Both the position numbers and the translations under genes were made by a program. DNA of 64,000 bases from Mobula hypostoma (Eukaryota), in contig NC_086097.1 in NCBI RefSeq assembly GCF_963921235.1, positions 12,214,001 through 12,278,000 on the forward strand, given 5' to 3'. The notes under the pieces are model-generated. The model searched no databases. It had not been told where the DNA came from and saw only the letters and a list, made by a program, of their open reading frames with translations. This document shows positions 1 to 11,868 of this stretch, in pieces; the stretch's first letter is position 1; every line of letters begins with the position of its first letter.

Positions 1-733
1 CCTGCTGCGTTCTCCGGCAACTTTTATGTGTGTTGCTTGAAAATCCAGCATCTGCAGATTTCAAAACGCAAACATGAGGAATTCTGCAGAATTCTGGGTG
101 ATCGTTTCGCTGAACACCTACGCTCTGTTCGCCAGAGAAAGCAGGATCTCCCAGTGGCCACACATTTTAATTGCACGTCCCATTCCTATTCTGATATGTC
201 TGTCCACGGCCTCCTCTACTGTAAAAATGAAGCCACACTCAGCTTGGAGGAACAACACCTTATATTCCGTCTGGGTAGCCTCCAACCTGATGGCATGAAC
301 ATCGACTTCTCTAATTTCCGCTAACGCCCCACCTCCCCCTCGTACCCAGTCCGTTATTTATTTATATACACACATTCTTTCTCTCTCTCTCCTTTTTCTC
401 CCTCTGTCCCTCTCACTATACCCCTTGCCCATCCTCTGGGTTTCCCCCCCTCCCCCTTTTCTTTCTTCCTGGGCCTCCTGTCCCATGATCCTCTCATATC
501 CCTTTTGCCAATCACCTGTCCAGCTCTTGGCTCCATCCCTCCCCCTCCTGTCTTCTCCTATCATTTTGGATCTCCCCCTCCCACTTTCAAATCTCTTACT
601 AGCTCTTCCTTCAGTTAGTCCTGACGAAGGGTCTCGGCCCGAAACGTCGACTGTACCTCTTCCTAGAGATGCTGCCTGACCTGCTGCATTCACCTGCAAA
701 TTTGATGTGATCTGCAGATTTCCTCGTGTTTGC
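1..733 (+). mobile_element. Penelope-like element 3' fragment: end of an upstream pseudo-LTR (1-61), short inverted piece (62-90), GIY-YIG C-terminus (95-324), pyrimidine-rich pseudo-LTR with HHR
   Basis: Translation LGDRFAEHLRSV...PVATHFN...H..SDMSVHGL...EEQHLIFRLGSLQPDGMNIDFSNFR* matches the endonuclease C-terminus of the long copy at 28614-28880; 325-733 is near-identical to the reverse complement of 28227-28613. Confidence 0.92.
616..653 (+). ncRNA. Minimal type I hammerhead ribozyme motif
   Basis: TAGTC (stem I) CTGACGA (621-627) A GGGT-CTCG-GCCC (stem II) GAAAC (641-645) GTC (646-648, cleavage triplet) GACTG (stem I'); loopless palindromic ACGT stem III. Confidence 0.85.
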
Positions 734-818
734 ATAGAAAGTGATTGCTGGAACATAAAATTAGAGCACAAGAGGCCACAAATTCTGTAATCTGGAGCAA
801 CAAATAATCTACTACACA

Positions 819-898
819 CAGGGGTTCCCAACCTGTGGTCCATGGAACTCTCAGTTAATAGTTGGAATTTGTGGCATAAAAAAGGTTCTGAATCCCTG
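819..898. mobile_element. 80-bp MITE with hAT-like termini
   Basis: CAGGGGTTCCCAACC...GGTTCTGAATCCCTG; a second 80-bp copy lies in the opposite orientation at 31908-31987. Confidence 0.6.
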
Positions 899-1089
899 TG
901 AATCAGCAGGCAACGCAGTGTTGATGTGAATAAAGGAACCATTGATATCTCAGGTTGGTTCAGGGTCTCTGCCTTGAAAACCTGGCAATTCCTTTCCTCC
1001 CACAAACGCTGTTTGACCTGCTAAGTTTTTCCAGCAGATTGTTTGTTGCTCTCCATCCTTCACTTCCATTAACCACTTTCAGAGTTGCA

Positions 1090-1290
1090 ATATGAGTTCT
1101 TCCCGGGACCGCGTGGGTTTCCTCGGGCTGCTCCCGTTTCCTTCCACAGTCCGAAGGCGTACCAGTTAGCAGGTTAATTGGTTGCTGTAAGTTGTCCTGT
1201 GAATTAGACTAGGGTCAATAGTTGGGTTGCTGACTGGCACAGTTTAGTGGGTCAGATGGGTCTGTTCCGTGATGTATCCCTCAGTAAAGA
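1090..1290 (+). mobile_element. V-SINE (HE1-like) fragment
   Basis: V-domain-like GCGTGGGTTTCCTCGGGCTGCTCCCGTTTCCTTCCACAGTCCGAAG, repeated many times in the window. Confidence 0.75.
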
Positions 1291-1783
1291 AATGACATTT
1301 ATTTATTTTAATTGCGATACTGCTTTGGTCGGCTTGTCAATCCATTTCCTATGATTGCAATAGATGGGAGTTTGAGATGAATTGGCTTTTGTTTGGGACA
1401 AAATGCATTATCTCATTGGAGTCTTTTCATGGATCGTGGTGGTGTCATTCCCTGGAAAGCAAAAAGACAAGTTAGGAAAACTAAAACAGACTGGAGCAGG
1501 GAAAGAAGTGAACAGACGACATTACTAACACTTTGATTCATAGTCTGTTATTTTTCAGATGTTTCGCATGCAGCCTGAACTTTGTGTTTCATGAAAATAT
1601 GCCAGAGAATTGCAAAGTTGAAAAAAGGGTTATAAATAAAGACTTACATTGATATAGAACTTATCATGATGTAATAAAGGATCTTACATGTCGAAGAATA
1701 TAAACATCCATTTCCTCATTATTGATCTGTACTGCTAAACATGTTATATTTGACTCTAACATTCAAAAAACTGAGCTGCTGTT

Positions 1784-2750
1784 ACACAGAAACACAGAAA
1801 GCCTACGGCAAAATGCAGGCCATTCGGCCCACAAAGCTGTGCTGAACACTTCCTTACCTTAGAAATTACCTAACGTTACCCACAGTCCACTATTTTTCTG
1901 AGCTTGATGTACCAGTCCAGGAGTCTCATAAAAGACCCTATCGCATCCATCTCCACCATCATTGCCGGCAGCCCATTCCACGCACTCACCACCTTGTGTA
2001 AAAAAAATTATCCCTGACATCTGCTCTGTACCTGCTTCCAAGCACCTTAAAACTGTGTCCTCTCATGCTAGCCATTTCATCTCTGGAAAAAAGTATCTGA
2101 CTATTCACACGATCAATGCCTCTCATCATCTTGTACACCTCTGTCAGGTCACCTCTCATCCTCCATCGCTCCAAAGTGAAAAGGCCAAGTTCACTCAACC
2201 TATTCTCATAAGGCATGCTCCCCAATCCAGGCAACATCCTTGTAAATCTCCTCTACACCCTTTCTACGGTTTCCATATCCTTCCTGTAGTAAGGCGACCA
2301 GAACTGAGTACAGTACTCCAAGTGGGGTCTGTTCAAGGTCCTATATAGCCGCAACATTACCTCTCAGCTCCTAGACTCAATCCCACAATTGATGAAGGCC
2401 AATGCCCCGTATGCCTTCTTAACCACAGGGTCAACCTGCGTAGCAGCTTTGAGTGTCCTATGGACTCGGACCCCAAGATACCTCTGATCCTCCACACTGC
2501 CTGGAGTCTTACCATTAATACGACATTCTGCCATCATATTTGACCTACCAAAATGAACCACCTCACACTTATCTGGGTTGAACTCCATCTGCCACTTCTC
2601 AGCCCAGTTTTGCATCCTATCAATGTCCCGCTGTAACCTCTGACAGCCCTCCACACTATCCACAACACCCCCAACCTTTGTGTCATCAGCCAATCTACTA
2701 ACCCATCCCTCCACTTCTTCATCCAGGTCATTTATAAAAACCACGAAGAG
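1784..2750 (-). mobile_element. CR1 LINE 3' fragment (RT C-terminus, 3' UTR, short tandem tail)
   Basis: ORFs LFVVFINDLDEEVEGWVSRLADDTKVGG...WAEKWQMEFNPDKCEVVHFG and RMRGDLTEVYKMMRGIDRV are typical CR1 ORF2; tail (ACACAGAA)2. Confidence 0.92.
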
Positions 2751-3222
2751 CATGATTACATAGCTCTAATGACTGGGGAGAAACTTCTGGTCAAACTATT
2801 TCTGATGCATGGTCACTATTGAAATGAAGAGCACAAGGCATCTAATTTGCACACAGCAGGTTCCCTCAAATAACATTAAACCTATTAATTATTGTAAAGT
2901 CTAGATAGAGTGGGTGAAGAGAGGATATTTCTATAGTGGGGGAGTCTAAGACCAGAAGATTCAGCCTCGGAATCAGAGGATATCCATTTAGAACAGAGAA
3001 GAGGAGCAGTTTCTCTAACCAGATAGTCGTGAATCTGTGGAATTCATTGCCACAGACAGCTGTGGAGGTTAACTCCTTCTGTATACTTAAAGCAGAGGTT
3101 GATAGATTCTTGATGAGTCAGGGTGTCAAAAATTACAGGGAGAAGGCAGGAGAATGGGGTTGTAAAGGATAATAAGTCAGCCATGGTGGAATGGCAGAGC
3201 AGACTCAATGGGCTGAATCAGT

Positions 3223-3260
3223 TAGTCCTGACGAAGGGTCTCGGCCTGAAACGTCGACTG
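3223..3260 (+). ncRNA. Minimal type I hammerhead ribozyme motif (copy 1 of tandem pair)
   Basis: TAGTC CTGACGA(3228-3234) AGGGTCTCGGCCT GAAAC GTC(3253-3255) GACTG. Confidence 0.85.
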
Positions 3261-3631
3261 TACATCTTCCTAGAGATGCTGCCTGGCCTGCTGCGTTCAC
3301 CAGCAAATTTGATGTGTGTTGCTTGAATTTCCAGCATCTGCAGAATCCCTGTTGTTTGCGTTTTTAAATTCACTACTGCGAAGCCTCTTCCGGTGATGCC
3401 TACACCGAAGAAGTTTAGATCCTCTCTTCGACAGAAGTTCGGTGAAACCATCTCTCACTGCTCCCCATCTGTAATTTCTTCGGCTCTTCAACTTTTCGAC
3501 CACATTTTGACTCAGATTCGCTATCACAGCCAGCTCTTGGCTCCATCCCTCCCCTTCCTGTCTTCTCCTATCATTTTGGATCTCCCACTCCCCCTCCAAC
3601 TTTCAAATCTCTTACTCACTCTTCCTTCAGT

Positions 3632-3669
3632 TAGTCCTGACGAAGGGTCTCGGCCTGAAACGTCGACTG
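3632..3669 (+). ncRNA. Minimal type I hammerhead ribozyme motif (copy 2 of tandem pair)
   Basis: TAGTC CTGACGA(3637-3643) AGGGTCTCGGCCT GAAAC GTC(3662-3664) GACTG. Confidence 0.85.
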
Positions 3670-4854
3670 TACCTCTTCCTAGAGATGCTGCCTGGCCTGC
3701 TGCGTTCACCAGCAAATTTGATGTGTGTTGCTAATTCTGCTCCTATGTCTTAAGGTCTTATGGTATTGTGGCCTAATTATTATTGGAAAATAATATACTA
3801 GCATTGATTGTTAAATTAGTATTACCCAGGACAGTGAGGACAAATTCTTCTGTGACAACTGAGCAACACGATCACAGATCATATAGAACTCCCTCTGCCC
3901 TGTACTGGAGACACTACCTAATTATTGTAATCAGATCTCTGCAGTGGGATTTAATTCCACAACCTGATGACCGTCAGACTAAAGTATAACTGAATGAACC
4001 TTAGCTGACAGCTCATATGCCAAAAAAAAATTGTTTTACGGATGCGTTGTGACTGCATAAAGATGATTTGTATTTCATTTGCCTCTAATGAAAGGAGTTG
4101 CTTCCTTACCTTTGGGCTAGTCAAAATGTTCTTAGCCCAACAAATCATTTAGCATCAAGTTCCTACCTTTACAAAACTTGTAGAAAATGGGACAACTATT
4201 ACAGTGGCTTTGTCAATAATGTTAAGAGAATTCAAGTCGTCACCTTAATCTCCTTAGGAACTAGGGGTGTTGCTGTGACTTCTTGTTCAGGGAGGGAAGT
4301 CTCTGCCCAGTGATAATCTGCCGGTGGGAAGATTATAGTAATATTTCAATGGTGCCAATATAATTTGCTCAATCTGCTCAGTGGAGCTTCCAATGAAATA
4401 GTGACTTGTGCACTTACAGTGGATGGAGTATGGGCCAGTCTCTATGGTAACGGGGGAAGCATTCGTTGCAGATGCTGCCGTGCCTGTGGCTAGCCTGTAT
4501 ATTCCACTTTAATTGCCACTGGTGTTGTGAGATGCTGTATGGCAGGTTCTAAATCAACAGCCGTGGTGAGGAGATGGCCTGCAGCAAAGGTACAGAAACA
4601 GCAATTGATGCTCACATTAGGGGCTGTGCTGTGTATCCAGGTCAAATGGAGCAAGTAACAGGAGATACCAACAGTGAGAGGGAAATGGAGTAGAATAGTG
4701 TTTTACCTGCTGCCCTCACATCCAGTGATCCTGAGACACAATTTCACCCAACGGGGCATTTGAAACGTTAAACAAGTAAATCAAGAAGGTAGTACCAGTG
4801 CTTTAAACTACCAGTAAAGGTAAAGTGAGGTAAAGGCCACCCCCCCCCACACAC

Positions 4855-5040
4855 ACACCTTGTTTGGTGCAATGGGCAGCAATCTTGCCATTTCTTTTGT
4901 GTTTGCCTGTTATACGAGGACGATTTGCGAGCTCGACTCTCAACCCAGCACAGATGGAAAGCAAGCAAAGGAACTGGCTGGATTCGAACCCAGGACCATC
5001 TTGTTCCGAAGTCCAGGTGTGGATGCCACTACACTATCTG
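4855..5040 (-). mobile_element. tRNA-derived SINE (family shared with 58361-58556)
   Basis: Minus strand has A-box-like TAGTGTAGTGG, GGACTTCG, B box GGTTCGAATCC, and body TTTCCATCTGTGCTGGGTTGAG...ATGGCAAGATTGCTGCCCA also seen at 58440-58530. Confidence 0.65.
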
Positions 5041-5224
5041 TACGGACATAACTACCATAAAAATCTATCTGGTTCAAGGTAAGAATTTGCCCCCATTACT
5101 TTGTCCCATTTGTGACTCTAAACTGCTCCGCAGAGTCATAGGCCCCTTGACGAGTCAATGCTGACAAAGATAGCTGTCTGTGAAAAGACCTAGTAGATTA
5201 CCACTTCACAGAGCAATTACATTC

Positions 5225-5742
5225 CTTAGAATGTAGGAGTACGAGGGGAGATTTCATAGAGGTAGAAAAAATTATGAGTTCTATCAATAAATGCTTTTTT
5301 CCCTGAGGTTGAGTGAGATTAGAACTAGAGGCCATAGGTACATTTATTTCTAGGTGTAGTTATTTATTGAGATACAGCATGGAATGTGTTTTTTCCAGCC
5401 CTTCGAGCCATACTACCCATCAGTTCTCTGACAAATCCTAGCCTAATCACAGGACAATTTATGACCAATTAACCTACCAACTGGTATGTCTTAGGACTGA
5501 AACCAGAGGAGCCAGAGGAAACCCACATGGTCATGGGGAGAACGTACAAGCTCATCACAGGGTGGAAGATAAATTGTTTGAGGGGAACATGAGGGAGACT
5601 TCTTCACTCAGAGGGGTGAGAATGTGTAATGAGCTGCCAGAGCAAGCGGTGGACGTGGGTTTGATTTCAACGTTTCAGAAAACTTTGGATGGATACATGG
5701 ATGGAGGGGTATGGAGTGTTATGGTCTGGATGCAGGTGGATG
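5225..5742 (+). mobile_element. CR1 3' relic interrupted by a minus-strand V-SINE (about 5362-5560)
   Basis: CR1-like GAGGGGAGATTTCATAGAGGTA...TTCACTCAGAGGGGTGAGAATGTGTAATGAGCTGCCAG; SINE-like GAGGAAACCCACATGGTCATGGGGAGAACGTAC. Confidence 0.65.
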
Positions 5743-6000
5743 GGTTCATTCATTATGTGCCATGTCATATGATGTGGGCGATCATGGTCTTTCCATGACC
5801 ATGATTGTTCTTGGCATGTTTTTCTGCAGAAGTGGCTTAACATTGCCTTCTTATGGGCAGTGTCTTTACAAGATATGTGACCCCAGTCATTATCAATATG
5901 CTTAGAGATCGTCTGCCTGGTGTCAGTGGTCACGTAACCAGGACTTGTGATATGCAACAGCAGCTCATACGACCATCCACCACCTGCTCCCATGGCTTCA
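5743..6000 (-). mobile_element. About 400-bp non-autonomous repeat with RTE/BovA-like 3' end (partial copy)
   Basis: Minus strand GAAGGCAATG...CCACTTCTGCAGAAAAA..GCCAAGAACAATCATGG...GGCACATAATGAATGAA; six copies in the window. Confidence 0.7.
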
Positions 6001-6779
6001 GGCACACATCTTTCGCTACTAGAGCACAAAGGAATTTAAACTGCAAACAATAAGTTGTCATCGTTGGCATGTTAAGTATATTCTGTGATTATACATAATC
6101 ACATTTCCTTTACCTGTTTCTGATGTTGATGGTGTTGACAACGTGGAGTTGACAATGATTTGTCTGTAGACTTTAAAACTGGCTTGCTTATACTGATTTT
6201 ATTGAAGAAATTATTCAGTGCACACTTGTCACTAGCTAAAAAATTGCACAACACAAGACTTTTGCATGCACTAGATGTTACAAATTGGAGGGAACATTGG
6301 TTATGAGCCAAATGCGTCATTGGAGATAAAGACCAGACTTAATAAAGGCGGCAGATTGACATTAGGATTTGCTTGTGTTGTGGTTCAGATGTTTGTTCGG
6401 TCTGGTGGGGTTTGATGGCATTAATCTGATGTTGTTGGTGAACCTGTGAACCACCTAAAGTCAACAGTCAACTCAATGCCTAGAACTACAAAGGATCCAG
6501 ACTCAGTTGACACTTTTAAAACCAGCTCAAAGCCTATTTATTTAACCTTGCATTTAACTAACATCATTTTGTCTTTTATATTCATGTTTGTTTTATTTTT
6601 TTATTTTCACGTTTGTTCTTTCATTCCATTGTAAAGCATTCTGAACTACATCATCTGTATGAAAAGTGCTCGCTATATAAAATTATTATTGTAATTATTG
6701 TTATATTTTTACTTTTTTCAGCTCAAGCAGGTAAAACCTGAGGTATGGACATAGCTAAGCATTTCTCAATTGCTAGGAA

Positions 6780-7156
6780 CTTTCGGACTACTCTAGTGCT
6801 GTTTAGCTTCCTTCATTGCGCCATAGCTTCCTCTCAGTTTTCACTACTGTGAGTCATGCAAGTCCCGGGTGGAGTCTCAGGAATACTGTCGCACTCAGGT
6901 GTTGAAGGATTCTTTATTGATGTTTCCATAACAATTTTGTTTTACCAGTCAGGGTTGTTAACCCCGAGCTGAAACCCAAACCTTGAGGATCATTGGACTA
7001 CTCTTATTTTGGTCTCTGTCCTTTGATGGGCTTGGCATGGGTGACCCTACCAAGAGCCAAAGCATGAAGCACTAACTCCAGCCAACATGGCTCTTTGGGT
7101 CTTTGAAGCATGCAAGCCTCAAAACTCAATGATAAGGTTGTGGTCCTCTGGGAGGT
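6780..7156 (-). mobile_element. RTE-like 5' UTR-derived repeat (second copy at 33600-33925)
   Basis: Shared CAGTCATGCAA.TCCCGGGTGGAG.CTCAGGA...TAACAATTTTGTTTTACCA; minus-strand start GGACCACAACCTT resembles RTE/BovB 5' ends. Confidence 0.55.
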
Positions 7157-8394
7157 TTATGACTTAATTTTTCATTAATCTTTGTTAACCTATCTTTGCA
7201 GCTGCAGTTAATGTAATATCAGAAGAAAAGGAATAATTGCATTTATATGAACCCTTACAATAGAATTCTCAATGTCCTTTGCAACCAGTGCCATGCTTAT
7301 TCCAAGGAATAATCATTGTAATAACATTGGAAATATGGCATCTTATCTGTGCATAGCATAATCTGATATACCACATAAGATGTGATGTTCTAAGGTTGTT
7401 AACTGAGTGACAAGTACTGATCAGGAGAAAACCATTTTTTAGCCAATGTACCACACTAGAAATTTCAGGACAGTGAGCTTCCTATTTTATCTCTACATGT
7501 TCCTCATCATTGAGTATGTGATCAAGTGGCCTGTATTTACTTAAGACTGCTAATTACGATTTGAAAAATACACCATTACTCGTAATAAGTTGGACTATTA
7601 AGCTATTATTTTGCAGGGCACATGCTGAATGTGTTTTTGAATAAGAGTGGTAAATTAATTTAGCTCAACCTCGTAAATTGAAGATGACATCTCATTCAGG
7701 ACATAATGGGCTGCTCTGAGATTTTTTTCAGTTTAAGTAGACAGAAAAAATATGTTAATTTAGTCTAAATGACATTAACAACTGAGTCCTGATTTTGTGT
7801 AGATAGGATAACAGTATTTTACCAGCCCAGATCACAAAGACTGGAAAGAGATGACAGTTTCTGAAAAGAATGGGTTGTCCACCTCTGTGTCTCCATGCGG
7901 TCACTCAAAAGGGTTAGAATCAACTTAAAAAAGATGCTGAAATCTATGAACAGCTAATATTGTTATATCTATGCAGCAATTCATTGATTGTGTTTACAGT
8001 GCACTCTGTATATCAGGTTGTATTTCTCAGTAGCATGATCACTTTCTTCATGACTCGGATTTCCACCTTTTCAAGCTGATTAATTACTGAACTTCATTTT
8101 ATTTGATTATCTATTTATTTATTTATTGAGAGACAGCACAGAATAAACTAAATAAACTAATGAACTAAACAGAATAATCCTAGGCTATTTTAATGACTGC
8201 AGTACGAAGTTTCGTATTTTGTATTTTTCACTTGTTTTTTGCCATTTGTGCAATTTGTTTTTTTTTTGTGTGAGTGTCGGGTGTTTAATGTTTTCTTTGA
8301 GCAGGTTCCATGTATTTTTTTCGCGGCTGTCTCTGGGAAGACAAATCTTAGGAATGTATACTTCATACATACTTTGATAATAAATGAACTTTGA

Positions 8395-8680
8395 ACTTTG
8401 AATAGGCCTTTCCGGCCCTTCAAGCGATGCTGCCCAGCAAACTCCCAATTTAATCCTAGCCTAATTACGAGACAACTTACAAAGACCAATTAATGTAGCA
8501 ACTGGCATGTCTTTGGAAGGTGGGAGGAAACTGTGTCACCCAGAGGAAACCCGCACTTTTCATGGGGAGAACATACAGACTCCTTACAGACAGCGGTGGG
8601 AATTGAACCTGGGTTGCCTGCACAGTGAAATGTTGTGCTAAGGGCCCAATGTACACCACACTCCTAGCAAATATCACTAG
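8395..8680 (-). mobile_element. V-SINE, adjoining a LINE 3' end with (ACTTTGA)n tail at about 8190-8402
   Basis: Reverse complement of the V-domain (TCTTTGGAAGGTGGGAGGAAAC...GAGGAAACCCGCAC); AATAAATGAACTTTGAACTTTGA tail. Confidence 0.7.
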
Positions 8681-8809
8681 ACCAGGAGGTCAGTGGTAGG
8701 GTAAAGCATTGTACTAACCACTATGCTAGAGTGCCATCCCCTTCTACAATTTTCTACAATTCCTTTTACTTTTAATTTAGATTCAAAGCAAACTGAATTC
8801 AAGGAATTT

Positions 8810-9248
8810 GGGTGTCATGGCAGCAGAGCCGTTAGTGCAATGCTCAGGGCATTGGAGTTCGGAGTTCACTTTCGGCGTCTTCTTGGAGCCTCTGTACATC
8901 CTCCCTGTGGAATGCATGGGTATTCCCAAAGCGCTCCAGTTTCCTCCCACAGTCCAAAGACATACCAGGTAGATTAATTTAAAAACGCAAACATGAGGAA
9001 ATCTGCAGATGCTGGAATTTCAAGCAACACACATAAAAGTTGCCGCTGAACGCAGCAGGCCAGGCAGCATCTCTAGGAAGAGGTACAGTCGACATTTCGG
9101 GCCGAGACCCTTTGTCCTGACTAATTGGCCATTGTAAACAGCGCCGAAGTTAGGTTAGGGTTAAATTGTGATTATTGGGGGTTAGTGGGGCTGGTAGGAT
9201 CTATGGCTGGAAGGGCCTTCTCCATGCTGTATTGCTAAATAAGTAAAA
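8810..9248 (+). mobile_element. V-SINE interrupted by a minus-strand PLE pseudo-LTR piece (8981-9122) with a decayed HHR
   Basis: SINE ...CCCACAGTCCAAAGACATACCAGGTAGATTAATT | insert | CTAATTGGCCATTGTAAA; the insert is the reverse complement of the pLTR end. Confidence 0.8.
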
Positions 9249-9304
9249 AGTCTGGCCTAATTATGTAAATGGCATCAGACGGCATCTATGGGGAGAGAAT
9301 GTTT

Positions 9305-9598
9305 TATTTTATTCAGAGGTAGAGTGCAGAACAGGCCCTTCTGGCCGAGCTAACCACACCACACAGTATTCACCTATTTAACCCTAGCATAATCACAGGA
9401 CAATTTTCAATGATCCATTACCTCACTAACCGATGCGCCTTTGGACTGTGGGAGGAAATCGGAGCACCTGGAGGAAATCTACGCTGTCACAGGGAGAACG
9501 TTAAAAACTCCTTACAGACGGCACCAGAAATGTACGCTGAAGTCCAACGTCCCAAGCTATAATACTGTCGTGCTAACCACTTCACTACTGTGGTGCCC
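9305..9598 (-). mobile_element. V-SINE
   Basis: TTTGGACTGTGGGAGGAAATCGGAGCACCTGGAGGAAA is the reverse complement of the V-domain; tRNA-like head at about 9570-9598. Confidence 0.8.
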
Positions 9599-9957
9599 TA
9601 GAATAGTGTTTAGATCAATAACCAAACATCAGAACTGGAAAAAGAAAGAAATATTTTCAAATTTTAAGCAAAAATGAAGGCAGGGAAAAGGAGGGAGAGG
9701 GGATGAATAAGAGATATAATGGGAGGAGGCAAGAGGGATGGATTGACAAAGGGGCAATGGTGCAGGCTGAAAGACAATAGCAATTAGATGAGGAAAGATT
9801 TAATAGATGGGTGTTAACAAAAAATAGATATAATTGGGTATCAAAGAACATAAACTGCTTAGACTAAAGATGCTATACGTGACACAGCTCCTTCACTCAG
9901 CAATCAGGAGTATCTGTGGTTTTGAGAATGCAGACCCTTCCTCAGAACTCTATTTCT

Positions 9958-10336
9958 GATGTGCTGGCATTGGAGAAGGTCCAGAGGAGATTCATGAAAA
10001 TAATCCCAGGAGTAAAATGGGTTAGCATATGAGGAGTGTTTGCTGCCTCTGGGCCTGCATGTGCTGGAGATTAGGAGAATTTTGGGAGGGGAGGTGTCAT
10101 TGAAAACTATCGAATATTGAAAGGCCTAGATAGACTGGATGTGGAGAGGATGCTTCCTATAGTGGGGGAATCTAGGACCAGAGGATACAGCTTCAGATAC
10201 TAGAGATGTCCATCTAGAGTAGAGATGAGGAGGAATTTCTTTAGCCAGATGGTGGTGAATCTTTGGAATTCATGGCTACAGGCAGCTGTGGAGGACCTCA
10301 ATGGGTATATTTAAAGTGAAGGTTGATAGGTTCTTG
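9958..10336 (+). mobile_element. CR1 ORF2 C-terminal relic
   Basis: LEKVQRRF...GLDRLDVERMLP...RRNFFSQMVVNLWNS-like coding remnants. Confidence 0.75.
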
Positions 10337-11272
10337 CAGCACACACAAAATGCTGGATCTCAGAAGGCCGGGCAGCATCTATGGAAAAGAGCATAGTCGA
10401 CATTTCAGGCCGAGATCCTTCATCAGGACTGAAAGAAAAAAAGATGAGGCATAGGAACTAGAAGGTAAGAGGGAGGGGAGGAAGAAACACAAGGTGATAG
10501 CTGACCAGAGGAGGGGAGGGGTGAAGTAAAGAGCTGGGAAGTTGATTGGTGAAAGAGATAAAAGGCTGGAGAAGAGGAAATCTAATAGGAGAGGACAGAA
10601 GGCCATGGAAGAAAAAAATGGGGGAAGGGGACCAGATGGAGATGATGGGGAGGTAAGGAGATAGGGCGAGAGACAGAAAAGGGAATGGGGAATGGTGAAG
10701 GGGAGGCATTAACGAAAGTTCAAGAAATCAATGTTCATGCCATCAGGTTGGAGGCTACCCAGGCAGAATATGAGGTGTTGCTCCTCCACCCTGAGAGTGA
10801 CCTCATCACAGCAGTAGAGGTGGCCATGGACTGACATGTTGGAATGGGAATGGAGAGTGGAATTAAAAACAGTGGCCTCTGGGAGATCCCACTTCCTCTG
10901 AAGTACGGAGCATAGGTGCTTGGCAAAGTGGTCTCCCAACCTACGTTGGGTCTCACTGATATACAGGAGGCCGCACCAGGATAGAGTAGATGACTCCAAC
11001 AGACTCACAGATGAAGTGTCGCCTCACCGGGAGGGACTGTTTGGGGCCCTGAATTGTAGAGAGGGAGGAGGTGAGGGGCAGGTGTAGCACTTGATCCGCC
11101 TGCAAGGATAAATGCCAGGAGGGAGATCGGTGGGGAGAGACGAAGGGACAAGGGAGTCCTGATCCCTGTGGAAAGCAGAACGTGGGAAGAGGGGAGGAGG
11201 AAAAGATGTGCTTGGTGGTGGGATCCTGTTGGAGATGACTAAAGTTCCAGAGAATTATGTATTGGATGCAGA
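10337..11272 (-). mobile_element. Older PLE copy, 3' part (GIY-YIG plus pLTR with HHR at about 10395-10431); continues at 15610-15961 beyond the Copia insertion
   Basis: ORF 10709-11008 CGLLYISETQRRLGDHF...LQPDGMNIDFLNFR; colinear with 28227-29195; minus strand CAGTC CTGATGA AGGATCTCGGCCT GAAAT GTC GACT. Confidence 0.88.
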
Positions 11273-11868
11273 TTTTTCATTTGTTTAAACAACTTTACTC
11301 TCAACGTCTCCCTTCAATACCTGAGGGCCACCACCTTTATATCCCATAATTCCTTTTCCACCACACACACGCTCACGCATAACAAGAGAGAGTGCACAAG
11401 CGTACTAAATACTTACAAAGCCCAAATGAACAAAACTCAACTATCTCCCATCCTTTTATAAGTAAAAACTAAATTATTAAAATAATTAGATTATTCAAAT
11501 ATCCAAACAACTCCAATGTCCATTAGGATATAGGAATCAGTTCTAACCTTTGAAGTTAATACAATTCTTAAGGGACCAAGTGGCTTCAGCAGCACAAAAG
11601 TTGGAGCTTCCTTCTTTGTGAGACAGTCAGCTAGTTGTTCCTTTGTAGTTGACCATAACAGATGATGAATTTTCTGTGCTTGGATAAGTTCTTTGATGCT
11701 GCTTATCTCTAGACAAAGCCTCTTTTCTGTAACTGACTTGGTGGATTGATAACATCAAACAAAGGTGACGCAAGTTATATGGAGGCTGCCCTTCTTTGGG
11801 TCACCATGGAAAAGCTCAGAACAAAGTGTGACCAGAAAAACAGCATTGGCAATACCTTCAGACATTGC

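Larger units (their letters stand above)
3219..3732 (+). mobile_element. Internally deleted non-autonomous PLE with two tandem HHR-bearing pseudo-LTRs (retrozyme-like)
   Basis: 3219-3322 is almost identical to 3628-3731; between them are the pLTR end, a putative ORF start (ATG 3396, MPTPKKFRSSLRQ...) and a jump at about 3530 into the pyrimidine-rich pLTR. Confidence 0.85.
2890..3765 (+). mobile_element. CR1 3' end, interrupted at 3219-3732 by a PLE-derived unit
   Basis: VVNLWNSLPQTAVE...FKAEVDRFL-like peptide; 3' UTR ...ATGGGCTGAAT | CTAATTCTGCTCCTATGTCTT resumes after the insert. Confidence 0.8.

Noticed and set aside
358..1005. 215-aa minus-strand ORF and similar ORFs containing VDVSGRDPSSGL or SPDEGSRPETST
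   Set aside because: These are translations of the PLE pseudo-LTR and HHR; they recur because the RNA motif is repeated, not because a protein is conserved.
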